Origin: the human T2T-CHM13v2.0 reference genome, Homo sapiens
Assembly (NCBI RefSeq): GCF_009914755.1
Contig: NC_060936.1
Length of the DNA: 64,000 nt
Strand: one strand, 5' to 3'
Positions 22,946 to 51,974 of this stretch are shown piece by piece (the first letter of the stretch is position 1; each line of letters starts with the position of its first letter). A program made the position numbers and the translations under genes. The notes under the pieces are model-generated. The model saw nothing but the letters and a program-made list of their open reading frames with translations, did no database searches and was not told the DNA's origin.

Positions 22946-24387
22946 ACTGCTTTTGTTCTTGAGCTGAGTGAGCAACTGGGCAAGCTACAATCTCTGTAGA
23001 AGCCGCAGAAGGCTCCTGTGCAATGTACACTCTTACAAAACACCTGTACTTGTATAAACGACAAGGCAGGTCTTATTTCCAAAGAAATGTAGAACTGAAA
23101 ATGATAACTCTTTTTTTTTTTGCAACAAACAAGAGTAGTAAATCATAAATCTGTCCAAATATTAGGACACATTTGAGCCAGGACAATGTCACTGCTTTCT
23201 TTGCCATGTAATCTATCTACCCTGGGGTTGGGTTAATACATAAAATGATTTGACCTAGGAGTAATCTACACAGTGCCAAATTGCAGTTATTTAAAGGTGC
23301 AAGATATGATGTATTTTAGCTGGGATTGCACTGTATGGTGTCTTTGCATGTGTGTACACATACATAAAGTTTTATGTTCCATAAAAGCATGGAAAATTGA
23401 TGATGGCATTTTTAGCAAACATGAAACAATGTGCTGTTGCTGCAAATACAAAGCCTTCCTCCAGGAGAATTCTAAAATGGATATTATTATATTTTTATAA
23501 TGCTTATCACCACCATTAGAACAAGACCGTTTTGGAATATATCATTCAACAGCTGGCCTGCCATGTGCTGGCTGAATAAAATCATGGGACTCAGGCATAA
23601 AAGGAGCAATTTCCTACATCATTTTTGTTGTTGCTCTTTTTTAGTCATAAAAACAGACTAGATGATCATTCAAAATATACTCTCAGAAGGACAGGAATAC
23701 TTCATTTTGTGCAAATAGTTAGGTTCCTGAAAAAAATTGTATGGGTTAATTTTTCCTTCTATAATTGAGTGCCATTTTGTACACATGAGAAAAAATACAT
23801 TTTAAAGACAATTCTGAATCTTTAAAAAATATAATCACCCTCAATTTTTATGACAAAATATTTATTTCTTACAAATAATCTAAGTAATAAATGTAGATGG
23901 TTAAAAAATAAAAATATCATTAATATTATAATAAAAAGCAAGTCACCTAGCTGACATTCCTCTTCCACTAGTCCCATGTCTCTGGAGTTGACCCTTTTTA
24001 CTTTTCCCGCCTTTGCATCTTCTGAAGATTGTTACCATAAATTGCAACAATATGCCTTTACAGTTGTTTATTGTTTTACTAACTGAGACATTATATGACT
24101 GATTTCCTACTATGATAGATGAAGAGTCAGCTCACTTGCAACCCTCTCAGTCTTATTCTCTAGCCTCTTCCATTATCAATGTTATCAGTTCCTCCAATGG
24201 TTGTCTCTGTAACTTCAAATTTATTTCATTTCTTAGTCCTTTGACCTAAGAACCTTATAAAAGCAATTCCTCTTAGGGTCCCACTATTTCCTCTATTGTT
24301 TTAGAACTGGCTAAGTATTTAATAGAATGTTCTTCAATTTGAGTTGGCCTGATGTTTTCTCACGATTACATTAAGGTTATTCATTTT

Positions 24388-30758
<6,371 letters not shown>

Positions 30759-30772
30759 AGGTTATTCATTTT

Positions 30773-32950
<2,178 letters not shown>

Positions 32951-32954
32951 GGCT

Positions 32955-35900
32955 TTTTAACATTTAATTTTGTTTTTTATTATTTTCTATGGATACATAA
33001 TAGTTGTACATGTTTATGTATTACATATGACATTTAGATATTTGCACACAATGTGTAATAATCACATATGGGTAATTGGGATACCCATTACCTCAAACAT
33101 TTATCATTTCTTTGTGTTGGGAACATCCCAAATCTTCTCTTCTAGCTCTGAAATATACAATAAACTATTGTTAGCCATAGGCACTCTATTGTGCTGCCAA
33201 ACACTAAATCTTATTCCTTCTATCTAACTATATTTTTATACATTAACCAATCCCTCTTCACCCCCCCCTTTTCCACTACCCTTTCCAGCCTTTGGTAAAC
33301 ACCGTTATATTTACTACCTCCATGAAATCGATTTTTATTTTAACTCCCACACATGAGTAAGAATACACAATATTTGTCTTTCTGCACCTGGCTTATTTCA
33401 CTTACCCATAATGTCATCCAGTTCCATTCATCTTACAGCAAATGACAGTATTTCATCCTTTTTATGGTTGAATGACATTTCATTATATATATACAGCACG
33501 TTTTCTTTAGCTAGTCATCCATTGGTAATCACGTAAGTTAATTCCATGTTTTGGTTATTGTGAAGAGTGCTGCAATAAACATGGGAATGCAGATATCCCT
33601 TCAATATCCTGATCTTCTTTCTCTTGGATATATACCCAGCAGTGGGATTGCTGAGTCATATGGTAGTCCTATTTTTAGTTTTTAGAGAAATCATCATAAT
33701 GTTCTTTATAGTGTCTGTACTAATTTGCATTCTCACCAACAGTGTACAAGTGTTCCTCTTTCTCTACATCCTCATTAACATTTGTTATTGCCTGTCTTTT
33801 GAATAAAAGCCATTTCAACTGGGGTGAGATGATATCTCATTGTAATTTTGCTTTGCATTTATCTGATGATTAATGATATTGAACTTTTTTATATACCCAT
33901 GGGCCATTTCTGTTTTATGTTTTTCAAGAAATGTCTACTGAGGTCTTTTTGCCTATTTTAAAATTAGATTATTAATTTTTTGTTATTAAATTGTTTGCAT
34001 TTCTTATATATTCTGGTTCTTAATCCCATGTTGGATTGGTAATTTGCAAATATCTTTTCCTTTCTCTGGGTTATCACTTCACTTCATTGATTAGTTTCCT
34101 TTGTTATGCAGAAGCTTTTTAGTTTGATGGACTCTTATTTGTCCATCTTTGTTTTTGTTTGTTTGTGCTTTTGAGACCTTTCCCAAAAAATCCTTGTCCA
34201 GATGAATGTCCTGAGTCATTTTTCCTATGTTTTCTTCTAGAAGTTTTTTAGTTTCTGTTTTTACATTTAAGTTAATTCATTTTGAGTTAATTTTTATATA
34301 CATTAAGAGATAGGGATTCAGTCTCAGCACCATTTATTGAAAATATCTTTTTTCCCCAGTGTGTGTTCTTGGTGTCTTTGCCAAAAATTAGTTAGATGTA
34401 AGTGCATGAATTTCTTTCTGTATTCTTTATTCTGTTCCATTGGTCTATGTGTCTATTTTTATGTTAATATCATACTGTTTTGATTATTACAGCTTTGTAG
34501 CATATTTTGAAGTCAGGTAGTGTGATGCCTCCGGCTTTGTTCTTTCTGTTCAAGATTGCTTTGGCTATGTGGGGTCTTCTGTGGTTCTGTATACATTTCA
34601 AGATTGTTTTTTCTATTTCTATGAAGAATATCATTGGTATTTTGATAGGGATTGCAGAAAATCTGTAGATTACTTCCTTGATTTTTTTTAGGTTGTTTAC
34701 TATTGACATATAGAAACACTACAGATTTTGGTATGTTTATTTTGTATTCTGCAACTGTATTAAATTTGTTTATTAGTTCTAACAGAATTTTGGTGGTGTC
34801 TGTAGGGTTTTGTATATATAAGATTATGTCACTTGGAAGCAGGGACAATTTGATTTTCTTATTTTCAATTTGGATGCTTTCTTTTCTTTCTCTTGCCTAT
34901 TTGCTTGGCTGGGACGTCCAATATTAAATAAAAGTAGGCATCATGTCTTGTTCTAGATCTTAGAGGAAAAGCTTTCCAGTTTCCCCCATTGAGTATGATG
35001 CTAGCTGTGAATTTGTAATATATGGCCTTTATTGTGTTAAGGTATGCTCCTTCCCTGTCTAATTTGTTGAGAGTTTTTATCATGAAAGGATGGTGAATTT
35101 TATCAAATGCTTTTTCTGGATCTATTGAAATAATCTTATGGTTTTTGTCTTTGATTCTGTTAATGTGGTGTATTACATTTGTTAATGTGCATATACTGAA
35201 CCATCCTTGCATCCTTGGGATGATTCCCACTTGATCATGATGAATCATCTTTTTAATGTGTTGTTGAATCCAGTATTTTGCCAGTATTTTGTTGAGGTTT
35301 ATTGTATTTACATTTCTTAGTGATATTGGCCTACAGGTTTTTGTTGTTGTGGTGGTGGTGGTGGTTGTGGTGTCTTTGTTTTGGAATCAAGGTAATGCTG
35401 GCCTCACAGAATGGGTTAGGGAGAATTCCTTCTCATCAATTATTTTCAAAAGTTTAAGCAGAATTGATATTAATTTTTCTTTAAATTTTTGGTTTAATTT
35501 AGCAGTAAAGCCATCAGGTCTTGGGCTTTTCTTTAATGGGAAGCCTTTTATTATTTCTATCTCATTCTCATTATTAGTCTGTTCAGGTTTTCTGTTTCTT
35601 CATGATTCCATCTTGGTTGGTTGTATCAGTCTAGGAATTTTCCATTTCTTCTAGATTTTCCAACTTACTGGCATACAGTTGCTGATAATAGTATCTAATG
35701 TCCTTTGAATTTTTGGTGGTATCAGTTGTAATGTCTCCTTTTTCATCTTTGAATTTTTTTATTTGAATCTTTTTTCCTTATTAGTTTAGCTAAGCATTTG
35801 ACAATTTTGTTTATGTTTTCAAAAAACCAACTTTTCATTTTGTTGATACTGTGTTTTTAGTCTTAATTTCATTTATTTCTTCTCTAATCTTTATTTTTTT

Positions 35901-36140
35901 CCTTCTACTAGTTTTGGGCTTAGTTTGCTATTGATTTTATAATTCTCTAAGGTGCATCATTAGGTTGTTTATTGGAAATCTTTTGCTATTTTTTGATGTA
36001 GATGTTTATTGCTATAAAATATCCTCTTAGAACTGGTTTTGCTGTATCCCATTGGTTTTGGTATGTTGAATATCCAGTTTTATTTGTTTCAAAATTTTTT
36101 AAAAATTTTTTTCTTAACTTTTTTATTGATCCATTGCACT
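32955..36140 (-). mobile_element. 5'-truncated L1MA-type LINE
   Basis: 3' end ggatacataatagttgtaca; ORF2 remnants [16 protein letters not shown] and [11 protein letters not shown]. Confidence 0.8.
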
Positions 36141-37619
36141 CATGATATTTTATGAACAATAGTTTATTTTTTATTGCTCAGTGGCATGTGATTGTATGAT
36201 TACTCCATAGTTACTTTATTCATATACTTGTTGAAAAATATGTTTTTTAAAATTTATCAATAATACTAATATAAACATTCAGAAACATATTCATATGAAC
36301 ATAGTTTTCATTTTATTTGCATAATTATGTTGGAGTGGTGTTGTTATATCCTATTGTGTCTATTTAATTCATATTTTAAAGGGCTAAAGTATTTTCCAAA
36401 GTTTCTTTACTGTTTTAAATACCTGTTAACAATGTATGAGAGTTCCATTTGCTCTGCATCCACATCAGCACTTCATATTGTCAGACTTCTAGTTGTAGCC
36501 ATTTTAATAAGTATGTGGTATTATCTTTTTGTTGTGTTAATTACACTTTACTAATGACTAATGATGTTGAACATTTATATATGTAGATATATGTTTGCAT
36601 TTATATGTCTCCTTTGGTGAAATGTCATAAAGGAAACTAAAATAAAGCTACAATTTTCTAAATCTGTGCAATTCAATAGGAAATCAAAAACAAGAAGGTA
36701 AACACATGACTAGTTTTAGAACATTTAAAAATAAAAAAATTTTACCAGTATATATTATATTTCCAGTACCATTCATTTCTTTGTGTGGATCCTAGTCTGT
36801 ATATGGTGTTGAATGTCTTCTGCCTGAAGAACCTTATTTAAAATTTACTATAGAATTCGTCTGCTGACAATAAACCCTCACGTTCATCTTAGGGGCATGA
36901 ACATCTTTATTTTTTATTTTGAAATATGTGTATTTTTTTTTGCTGGGTATAAAATTCTTTTTTCTCTCAGCATTTCAAAGATGTCATTCCATTGTCTTTT
37001 AGCTTGCATAGTTTCAGAATATGAGTCTGCAGTAATTCTTAATATTTGTCCTTCTGTTGTGCAATGTCTTTTTTCCCCGTTTGGCTATCTTCACAATTTT
37101 TTCTTTATTTTTGGTTTTCAGCAGTTTAAATATAACATGCCCAGATGTGGGTTTGGGAATTTATCCTAAATGGATTTCTCTGAGATTCTTAAACTTGTGA
37201 TTTGGTGGCTGTCATTACATTTGGTAAACTCTTTCATTCTCAGCATGTGGATCTATAGTTTTCCTACCCTTATTTATTGAAGAGACTCTCTTCTCCAATG
37301 TATGTTTGTGGTGCTTTTGTTGAAAATCAGTTGGATATAAAGGCATGAATTTATTTCTGTGTTCTCTATTCTATTCTATTGGTCTATGTATCTGTTTTTA
37401 TGCCAGTATAATGTGGTTTTGGTTACTGTAACTTTATTTAGCCATTATTTTTTCAAATATTTCTTCTGAATTATTTTGTCTGCTGGGATTCCAATCACAT
37501 ACATGTGAGACCTTTTGATATTCTCCCACAGCTCTTAGTAGCTCTGTTTTGTTTCATTCACTTCTTTTTCCCTTTGGTTAGTTTGCATAATTTTTTACTC
37601 CTATGTTAAAGTACATTGA

Positions 37620-37620
<1 letters not shown>
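36140..37620 (-). mobile_element. Mosaic of old L1M fragments
   Basis: Degenerate L1 3' and ORF1-region phrases. Confidence 0.55.
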
Positions 37621-43710
<6,090 letters not shown>

Positions 43711-44079
43711 GTCTAAAATGAAGTGAGTATTATAATTCATAATTTACTGATGAAAGATCAGGAGCCTGGAGACATGGATTACTTTGTAGTTAGAAAAGTG
43801 CAGTACAGGAACTTGACTTTTGCCTGGGTCCCATACTTGGATCACTGCCATCCACATTGTTAATTGGACAAGCTGAAGCAACACCTCTGTATAAAGGTCA
43901 AAAATTCCCTCATGTGTAGCAAGTGATACTAACCTTCAAGGTTCTCACCCTTGAGCAACAATGCTAGCTTTGCCGTACTTCAGTGTGAGTGAATGTAGTC
44001 AGTTTTTCAGTAAGCACAAGATGATGTGACTGATGTATTCCAGGAAAATGGGCAAAATAGGTAGAAACGCATACACAGT

Positions 44080-44563
44080 TTTGGGAAACCTTTAGCTTTT
44101 ATTCTTGCCTAATATATAGCATATTTTCTGCAAAAATTATGAGTTAAATATACTTTAATGAAGATGGGTATTTAAAATATAATTATGACAATTTAAAAAA
44201 TCTTATGAATACAGAAGGAAAGCCAGTAAACAAAAACGATAAAAATAAACAAACAAAAAATAAATGAAATAAGAATAAAATCTTCTCAAGTTCTAGATAG
44301 TCTATTCATTTCTTTTCTTTTCCAGGTAGAAGCTCCCTGGAACAACTGCTGGAATAAGGTTCCAGAGTGGAAGGTAGTTATTTCACTGAGAACACACATC
44401 TGATTCATGCAAGAAAGTCCATGTTCCAGACAGGGCAGCCAAGCCTAAGTACATTTCTGCTTCATTGAGGTCTCAGGAAAATGTAAGCTTTCAGGACACT
44501 TGAGGTCGCTGCCTCAGTGCAGCTGTATTTTAATTTGTGTGAGTCCTTATACCTCATTTAGGT
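44080..44563 (-). other. GUCY2C: GUCY2C 3' UTR (end approximate)
   Basis: Runs from the stop codon to an AATAAA about 460 nt downstream; U-rich tract at 44225-44280. Confidence 0.75.
44098..44103 (-). terminator. GUCY2C: Polyadenylation signal AATAAA of GUCY2C
   Basis: tttatt on plus strand, the first canonical minus-strand hexamer I found downstream of the stop codon. Confidence 0.75.
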
Positions 44564-44824
<261 letters not shown>

Positions 44825-45609
44825 TCAGTTACTCTTTGAATGCCTATTCTGTGCTAGACACAGGAAATCCAAAGAATACAAAATGATCCCTGCCTTTGAT
44901 GAGCTTAAAAAACTGTTATCTCTGCTAGGAAATTAGGCTTCAATTTCAAAGTGAAACAATATGCTGCTGGAATTTGGAGGCATGGTTGGGAGGATCTAGG
45001 TTTACATATGCCACTGCAGGAAGGGGAAAAGAAGCTGGGAGGATGCTAGGCCCCTGCCACACAACCCTGAAAACTCATTGGTCCCACACATACTTAACAG
45101 TGTGAGTCTTGTTTGGGGAAGGCTTAGAATGGTGGAGGGGACCACGAGTTTAGAATGGACCTGGAACACTCCAAGTAAGGAGCCAGGTTTCTCATGCCCC
45201 AGGGAAGATTTGGGTTGTTTTGGCTTTTCTAGAAGGTTGCCATCTCTCTGGGTCTGACATCTAGGCCTCTGCAAGACAGAGTTTCTCAACCATAGCAAAA
45301 GCCAAGGAAATGGCCATATGGCTGCAGTAACATGTATTGACAGGCAACTGGGTGACAGCTTGAGTCACCTTTAGGAGAAGTGAAACCTGTCAGTTAACCC
45401 TGAAACTTTGTCTTCCTCATCTCAGGGAGAACACAGACTTCATGTTAAGACCCAGAAACGCAGTCTTGGGGTTGGGGCAGGTCCTGTTTTCATCAGGCAA
45501 CTCAACAGAAAGATGAAGACAGGAGTGGAATGCAGAGAGCCTCTTTGCCCCCAGTATGCTCCACTCTTGTCAGAACAAGACATGCATGAAGTGAACTCTA
45601 AAGTGTCTT

Positions 45610-46139
45610 CTGTTCTCCCGAGCAAGCCTGGAACACAACGCTAGCTTTGCCATGCTTTATTGCAGGGCAATATAGTCAGTTTTTCAGCAAGAACAAGATG
45701 ATGACTGGTACAGTCTAAGAAAGTGGACAGAATAGGTAGAAGCTCATACCCAGACTCAGGAAACTTTTAACTCATTCTTGTCTAATATATAGTATATTTT
45801 CTGCATAAACTATAAGTTAAGTATACTTTAATGCAGATAAGGCATTTAAAACATAATTTTGACAGTTAAAAATATCATGAATACAGAGCCAGTAAATAAA
45901 ATGAAATAAATGAAATAACAAAATCTCCTCAAGTTCTAAATAGTCTGTTCATTCTTCCTCTTTTCCAGGTGGAAGCTCCCTCTTGGGATAAAGGATCCAC
46001 AGTGGAAAAAAAAAAAGGTAGTTTTATACTGAGCCCCCACATCTGATTCAGGGAAGCAAGTCTGTGTTCCAGACAGGGAAGCCAAGGCTAAATACTTTTC
46101 TGTTTCATTGAGGTCTCAGGAAAATGCAGGGTTTCAGGA
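45610..46139. repeat. Diverged direct duplicate of 43940-44496 (GUCY2C 3' UTR plus flank) inside the last intron
   Basis: Colinear shared blocks such as gctagctttgcc, tagtcagtttttcag, aatatatag.atattttctgca, ctcaagttcta.atagtct, tttccaggt.gaagctccct, cacatctgattca, gttccagacaggg.agccaag, ttcattgaggtctcaggaaaatg. Confidence 0.9.
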
Positions 46140-46312
46140 TAATCCCCTTCTTGCAGTCTAGGAAGGGAGGTTTCTAAACCTTCTCATGTATAGTCCCTTA
46201 CTTCTTATGCAATATATGCCACTTGTAAGGCATTTGCCAATTTAAATTGGCTGTAACTAACAAAGCCAAGATCTCTAATTTCCTCCCTGTCCCTGCCACA
46301 CCCAGAAGCTTA

Positions 46313-46537
<225 letters not shown>

Positions 46538-46982
46538 TTATGATTTGCATTATCTCTAGACAGATTTTTATTTCCAAGTGCCTTTTTAAAAATAAGTTTC
46601 TCATTCAGCAGACATCCTTTTCTCAAAGTAGAGTTTTCTTTTTTTTCCCCAAAAGACATTTTAAAATATCACTCTAGCAACATCACAAGAACTCTAACTT
46701 AAAAAGGAAGAAAATTCATCTACAATTCTGCTACGTCAACAAATCCAACTGGTTGTCATTGTCCATATTTCCTTCTAGCCCTTTTTGCAATAAAGTTTTG
46801 CTACAAAACTTTTGCTACAGTTTCCCTATCTTATTACAAACACATGTACATCACAATTAAGAACTCATTAAGTGGCATTTCTGGGGCCCATCTGGAGGCT
46901 ACGGAATGTATGGAAATTTACTGGAATACTGGAAACCCTGTTTTTGCTAAAGCTGGTATTTGAAAAAGAGATACAAAATACA

Positions 46983-47159
46983 TATGGCCCAAACACAGCC
47001 AGTGAACCACTATTTTTAAAAAATGAGTTTAATAATATATATCTATAATATATATCAATAATTTAAAAATGAGTGATTGATATATATATATATATAATTG
47101 ATATATATTGTTAAACTCATTTAAAAAAGTAGTGGTTCACTGGCTGTGTTTGGACCATA
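46983..47159. repeat. 177-bp imperfect palindrome (long hairpin/cruciform)
   Basis: tatggcccaaacacagccagtgaaccacta... is the reverse complement of ...tagtggttcactggctgtgtttggaccata; pairing continues through the AT-rich centre. Confidence 0.92.
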
Positions 47160-47881
47160 GCAATCCATAAACTGGTTCTATTTTGGGGTAAGTGTTCTTT
47201 GTAAAAAATGTACTTATGGAGGACTCAAAAAGCAAGTGTGATGTTAGGACACTTTTACGTAAAAGGAGACTTTTCCAAGGTGCAATCCAAATGTAAAGGC
47301 CAGAAGCATTATGGCTACCGGAGACAGGTAACTTACAGTTAATAGCTGGCTTTGCCAGTTGTGAAAAGATTCCAATAACTTTGGAAAAGCAGCCTGAGAA
47401 GCATTTGGAGACAACTGATGGCTATGGAGGGCAGCTGTTTTAAATGTGAGGAACTGCATGAAGAATCTGGAATAGCGATTCTCAAATATTAGTGTGGTCA
47501 CAAACACATTATCTTGTTAAAAATATAGATTTCTGATCTACGCCCACAGAGAATCTTGCATAGTAGGCCTGGTAGAGTGTCCACACATCTGCATTTTAAC
47601 AAGCTTCCAGATGAGGAAGAGGAGGAGAATGGGGCCACACCTTGTCATTCACTCCTTGTGATTCTAGAGCTTCCGAATAGTAAAGCAACTGGCAAGAGAG
47701 GTGACCTCAGATCATAGCAGCAGTGTGTAGTAAGAGTAGGGAAGTAAGTGGGGGGACAAGGGTTTTGATTCAAATTAAATAAGTCCTGGACCAGACTGTA
47801 TGTAGCTCTTGTGTTTGGAGGAGGAACTGGATACAAAACCTGGATATGGCAGAGGAAATGCTGGCAGAGTTCAAAATCTCA

Positions 47882-48238
<357 letters not shown>

Positions 48239-48343
48239 TCAGGATATCAACAACACCTGAGACAAGAATCCTAAATCAAGAAGAAACAATTGTGGCTATT
48301 TTAATGAAAGAACACTTAAAAATAACATCAGAGAGATAAGAAA

Positions 48344-48746
48344 TGGTATAGTTTGGATATTTGTCCCCACCCAAATCTCATGTTGAATTTTAATCCCCAG
48401 TGCTGGAGTCCTGGCCCCCCACCAGGTGTCTGGGTCACAGGGGTGGATCCCTCATGGCTTGGTGCTGTCTTTGCGATACTGAGTTGTCACAAGATCTGGT
48501 CATTTAAAAAGGTGTGGCACCTGCCCCTGCCACTCTCTTTCTTACTCCTGCTTTTGCTGTATGAAGTGCCTGCTCCTGCTTTGTCTTCTGCCATGAGTGA
48601 AAGCTTCCTGAGGCCTCCCCAGAAGCAGATGCAGGTGCTATTCTTCCCTTACAGCCTGCAGAACCATGAGCCAATTAAACCTCTTTTCTTATAAATAACC
48701 CAGTCTCAGGTTTTTCTTTATAGCAATGCAAGAATGCCCTCACACA
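48344..48746 (+). mobile_element. MST (MaLR) solo LTR, MSTB-like
   Basis: tggtatagtttggatatttgtccccacc start, ...cacaca end; 5-bp TSD agaaa. Confidence 0.85.
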
Positions 48747-49668
48747 AGAAATATAATCTCACGTGGGAAGAAAGAAGGCCTGGCATCAGTTTTCAGGGCC
48801 CTGCGTGATGTGATGGGGATCCCTAGGTTTTTCTCCATAGATTCTCATTCCAGCTCAGAGTAGTAGCCTGCGGGACCTAGTTTTAGATTTGGCTTGTAGT
48901 GCCAAGCTTGGGTGTTGGAGTTTGGTTTTGGGTCCCTGTGGAAAAGTTCCAATAAATAGCTAAAGCCTTGTGGGCAAGGTGAAGATTCGGGAGAGTTGAG
49001 GGGTCTTGATTTTCTCAAATTTCCTTCTTCTGGAACATTGTTATCCTTTGACAAAAGAAGTGGTGAGGGCACGCCCATTCACAAGTCCATTGATGTGTAT
49101 CACCTTTCCCAATATAGGGGCCTAATAGCAATACCACAAACAATTACACAGTAAGAATAATGACAATCCCAAATTGTATACCTACCATGTACCATGATTG
49201 CTAAACGCTTAACATGACATCATCCCAAATTATTTCAGAAACCCTCTTGGCACGGTTGGTATTCCATTTTCAATTTGTATCTTTATCTTTCTGAGGGCTA
49301 GAAGGATCAGGTAGCTTTCTACTCAACTTATACTGAGAATGATTAACATAATTTCAATTGTAACCCAAGTCTGTCTGACCCCAACCTTATCCTTTTCCTT
49401 GCCAGCATGATTTGCCAGGACAAACTAGTATCACATTGTCAGTACACTACCAAAATACCATCCTGCCTCCTGTGGTTTCGTAAGCCCCAGCCATGTCTCC
49501 CAGTGCTTATTTTCTCTCTTCTATATATTTCTACTGCTACCACTGTCATCAATATTTATTGAGCATCTACTTCATGCAGCACATTGTGCCTCTACCTTGC
49601 CAAGCAAATGCAATATATTCCTTCGTATATAACAAATGCTTAGATTTTTCTTTACTAAAATCAATTCT

Positions 49669-50277
49669 TGGTTGGGTATGATGGCTCTTGCCTGTAATTC
49701 CAACACTTTGGGGCTTTGGGGGACCAAGGCAGGAGACTTGCTTGAGCCCAGGAATCTGTGACCAGCCTAGACAACATAGAGAGACCACACCTCTACAGAA
49801 AAAATTAAAAAATTAGCTGTGCATGGTGGCATGCCTGTAGTCCCAGCTACTTAGGAGGCTGAGGTGGGAGGATCACTAGAGCTGAGGAGTTCAAGGATGC
49901 AGTGAGCTGTGATTGTGCCACTGTGCCAAAGCCTAGGCGACAGAGTGAGACCCCATCTCAAACAAATAAACAAAAATCAATTTCCAGAAAAAACGAATAT
50001 GCTTTGGGAGGCCAAGGTGGAAGGACTCCTTGAGGTCAGGAGTTTGAGACCAGCCTGGGCAACATAGTGAGACCCAGTCTCTATTAAAAATTTAAAAATT
50101 ATCTGGATGTGCTGGTATGTTCCTGTAGTCCCAGGTACTTGGGAGGATGAGGTGGGAGGATCACTTGAGCCCAGGAGTTCAAGTTTACAGGGAGCTATGA
50201 TCGTGTCACTGCACTCCAGCCTGGGTGACAGAACGAGAGCCTGTCTCTAAAAAACAACAACAAAAAAGCAAAACCAA
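49669..50277 (+). mobile_element. Two tandem AluJ-like elements (49669-49975; 50002-50277, 5'-truncated)
   Basis: Diverged Alu sequences. Confidence 0.85.
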
Positions 50278-50595
50278 ATAAGAGGGAAACAGGAATGTGA
50301 ACCAGAGTGTGTAGTTCTTACCTTGCCTACTGATTTTTTTTTAACTTTCATGAATCTATGGTAAATGCCAGGACTATTCTAAGTAGAATATCCCCAGATT
50401 CATAGTATATGAGCCAAAAATATAGAAATAGTCTAAAACTGAGCAAAAGTGGAAGAATAAAATAATTATCAGTAAACAACAATGAAAGCAAATGTAGCAA
50501 AAGGTGGATTGACACGGGTTTGTGTTCAGCTAATGTGAAGAATTATTCTACATCTCACTGGCACTTTGTATCTCCTTATTGTGCATTTTATCTCA

Positions 50596-50838
<243 letters not shown>

Positions 50839-51578
50839 TCACAATCCTGAATACTTCCTGTCATGGAGAAGTAGCTGAGGATGTGAAATGTGAGCTGGGA
50901 CTTTTGGTTTAAATGGATGAATCCAATGAAGCATCATTATTCAATGCATGCGATCATAAAGTATTTTGCTCTCGCAAAGAAAACGACATTTGTAGCAAAT
51001 AGGAAGGCATTCAGAGATCCAGATCACAAAGGTGATTTTAAATAGAAGGCTCTCAGGAAGGATGAAGATGAGCCCCACTGCTTGCTTACTGTGCCAAACC
51101 ACACAACCCTGAATTTCACACTGCTGGAGGGCACTGTAGATTTGAAGCTTCAATGGCTCAAGTTTGTTTTATTTTTATTTTAAGGTGGCATTTCTGGGAT
51201 TGGTGCCATGACAATGGAAGACAGAAGACAAGACAAAGGCATAACTTTCCGTAAGCATTTCATGGACCAGGCGAATGCAGCTGGATGGGGAAGCCTGTGG
51301 CACAAGGAGGTTCCAACAAGCAGAACAAAAGCCCAGGCTAGACTATGCGCTGTGGCATATTAGGTAGGAAATAAGGGTTATTCAGTCATGTATTTGCATA
51401 GAATGACTGAGTGCAAGGTGTTAACAGTTTCAGAAGTTAAAGATTAACTCAAAAACTGCAAAGCTGAGTTTTAAGCAATGCCTGGCTAAAGATTCATCTA
51501 GATGACTTCTGAGTTCCTCTCTTACAGGTGTTTTTTCTATAACACCTGTAACTCATCTCAAACCTTGATGTTCAAGGC

Positions 51579-51974
51579 TGTTGAATTAAACTAAGTTTGG
51601 CCTGAGGCTGCCTCTTAGGGGTCCCTACAAAACAAACTGCAACCTAGCTTGGTACATAAACAAACTAAAAGCCTAACTAGGGTATACTTAGGTTATAGAT
51701 AGCTGAGTCTCAGCCAATCGCAGTAGCTGAGCTTCAGCCAGTCACAGGCTGTCAACTGATGGGACTTTGACCAAATCAGGGGAACACAGAGGTTTGACCA
51801 ATCAAGTTGTTTCTGTCCCTCACTTCTGTTTTCTGTCTATAAACATTGCCCGCCCACCTTGCCCATTGAAGCTCTCTGAACCTCTTCTGGTTTTAAGGGC
51901 CATCTGATTTGAAAATTATTCTTTGCTCAATCAAACTGTGTTAAATTTAATATGCATAAGCTTTTCTTTTAACA
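51579..51974 (+). mobile_element. MER57-family ERV1 solo LTR, antisense to GUCY2C
   Basis: tg...ca termini, perfect 4-bp TSD aggc; CCAAT boxes and tataaa. Confidence 0.8.

Noticed and set aside
46792-46812. 9-bp perfect stem-loop aaagttttg-cta-caaaacttt
   Set aside because: Short, AT-rich and part of a small local duplication (ttttgctaca twice); no evidence of function
51379-51413. Short hairpin tattcagtcat...atgactgagtg resembling Tigger3 termini
   Set aside because: Only ~8 bp of perfect stem; plausible by chance in 64 kb
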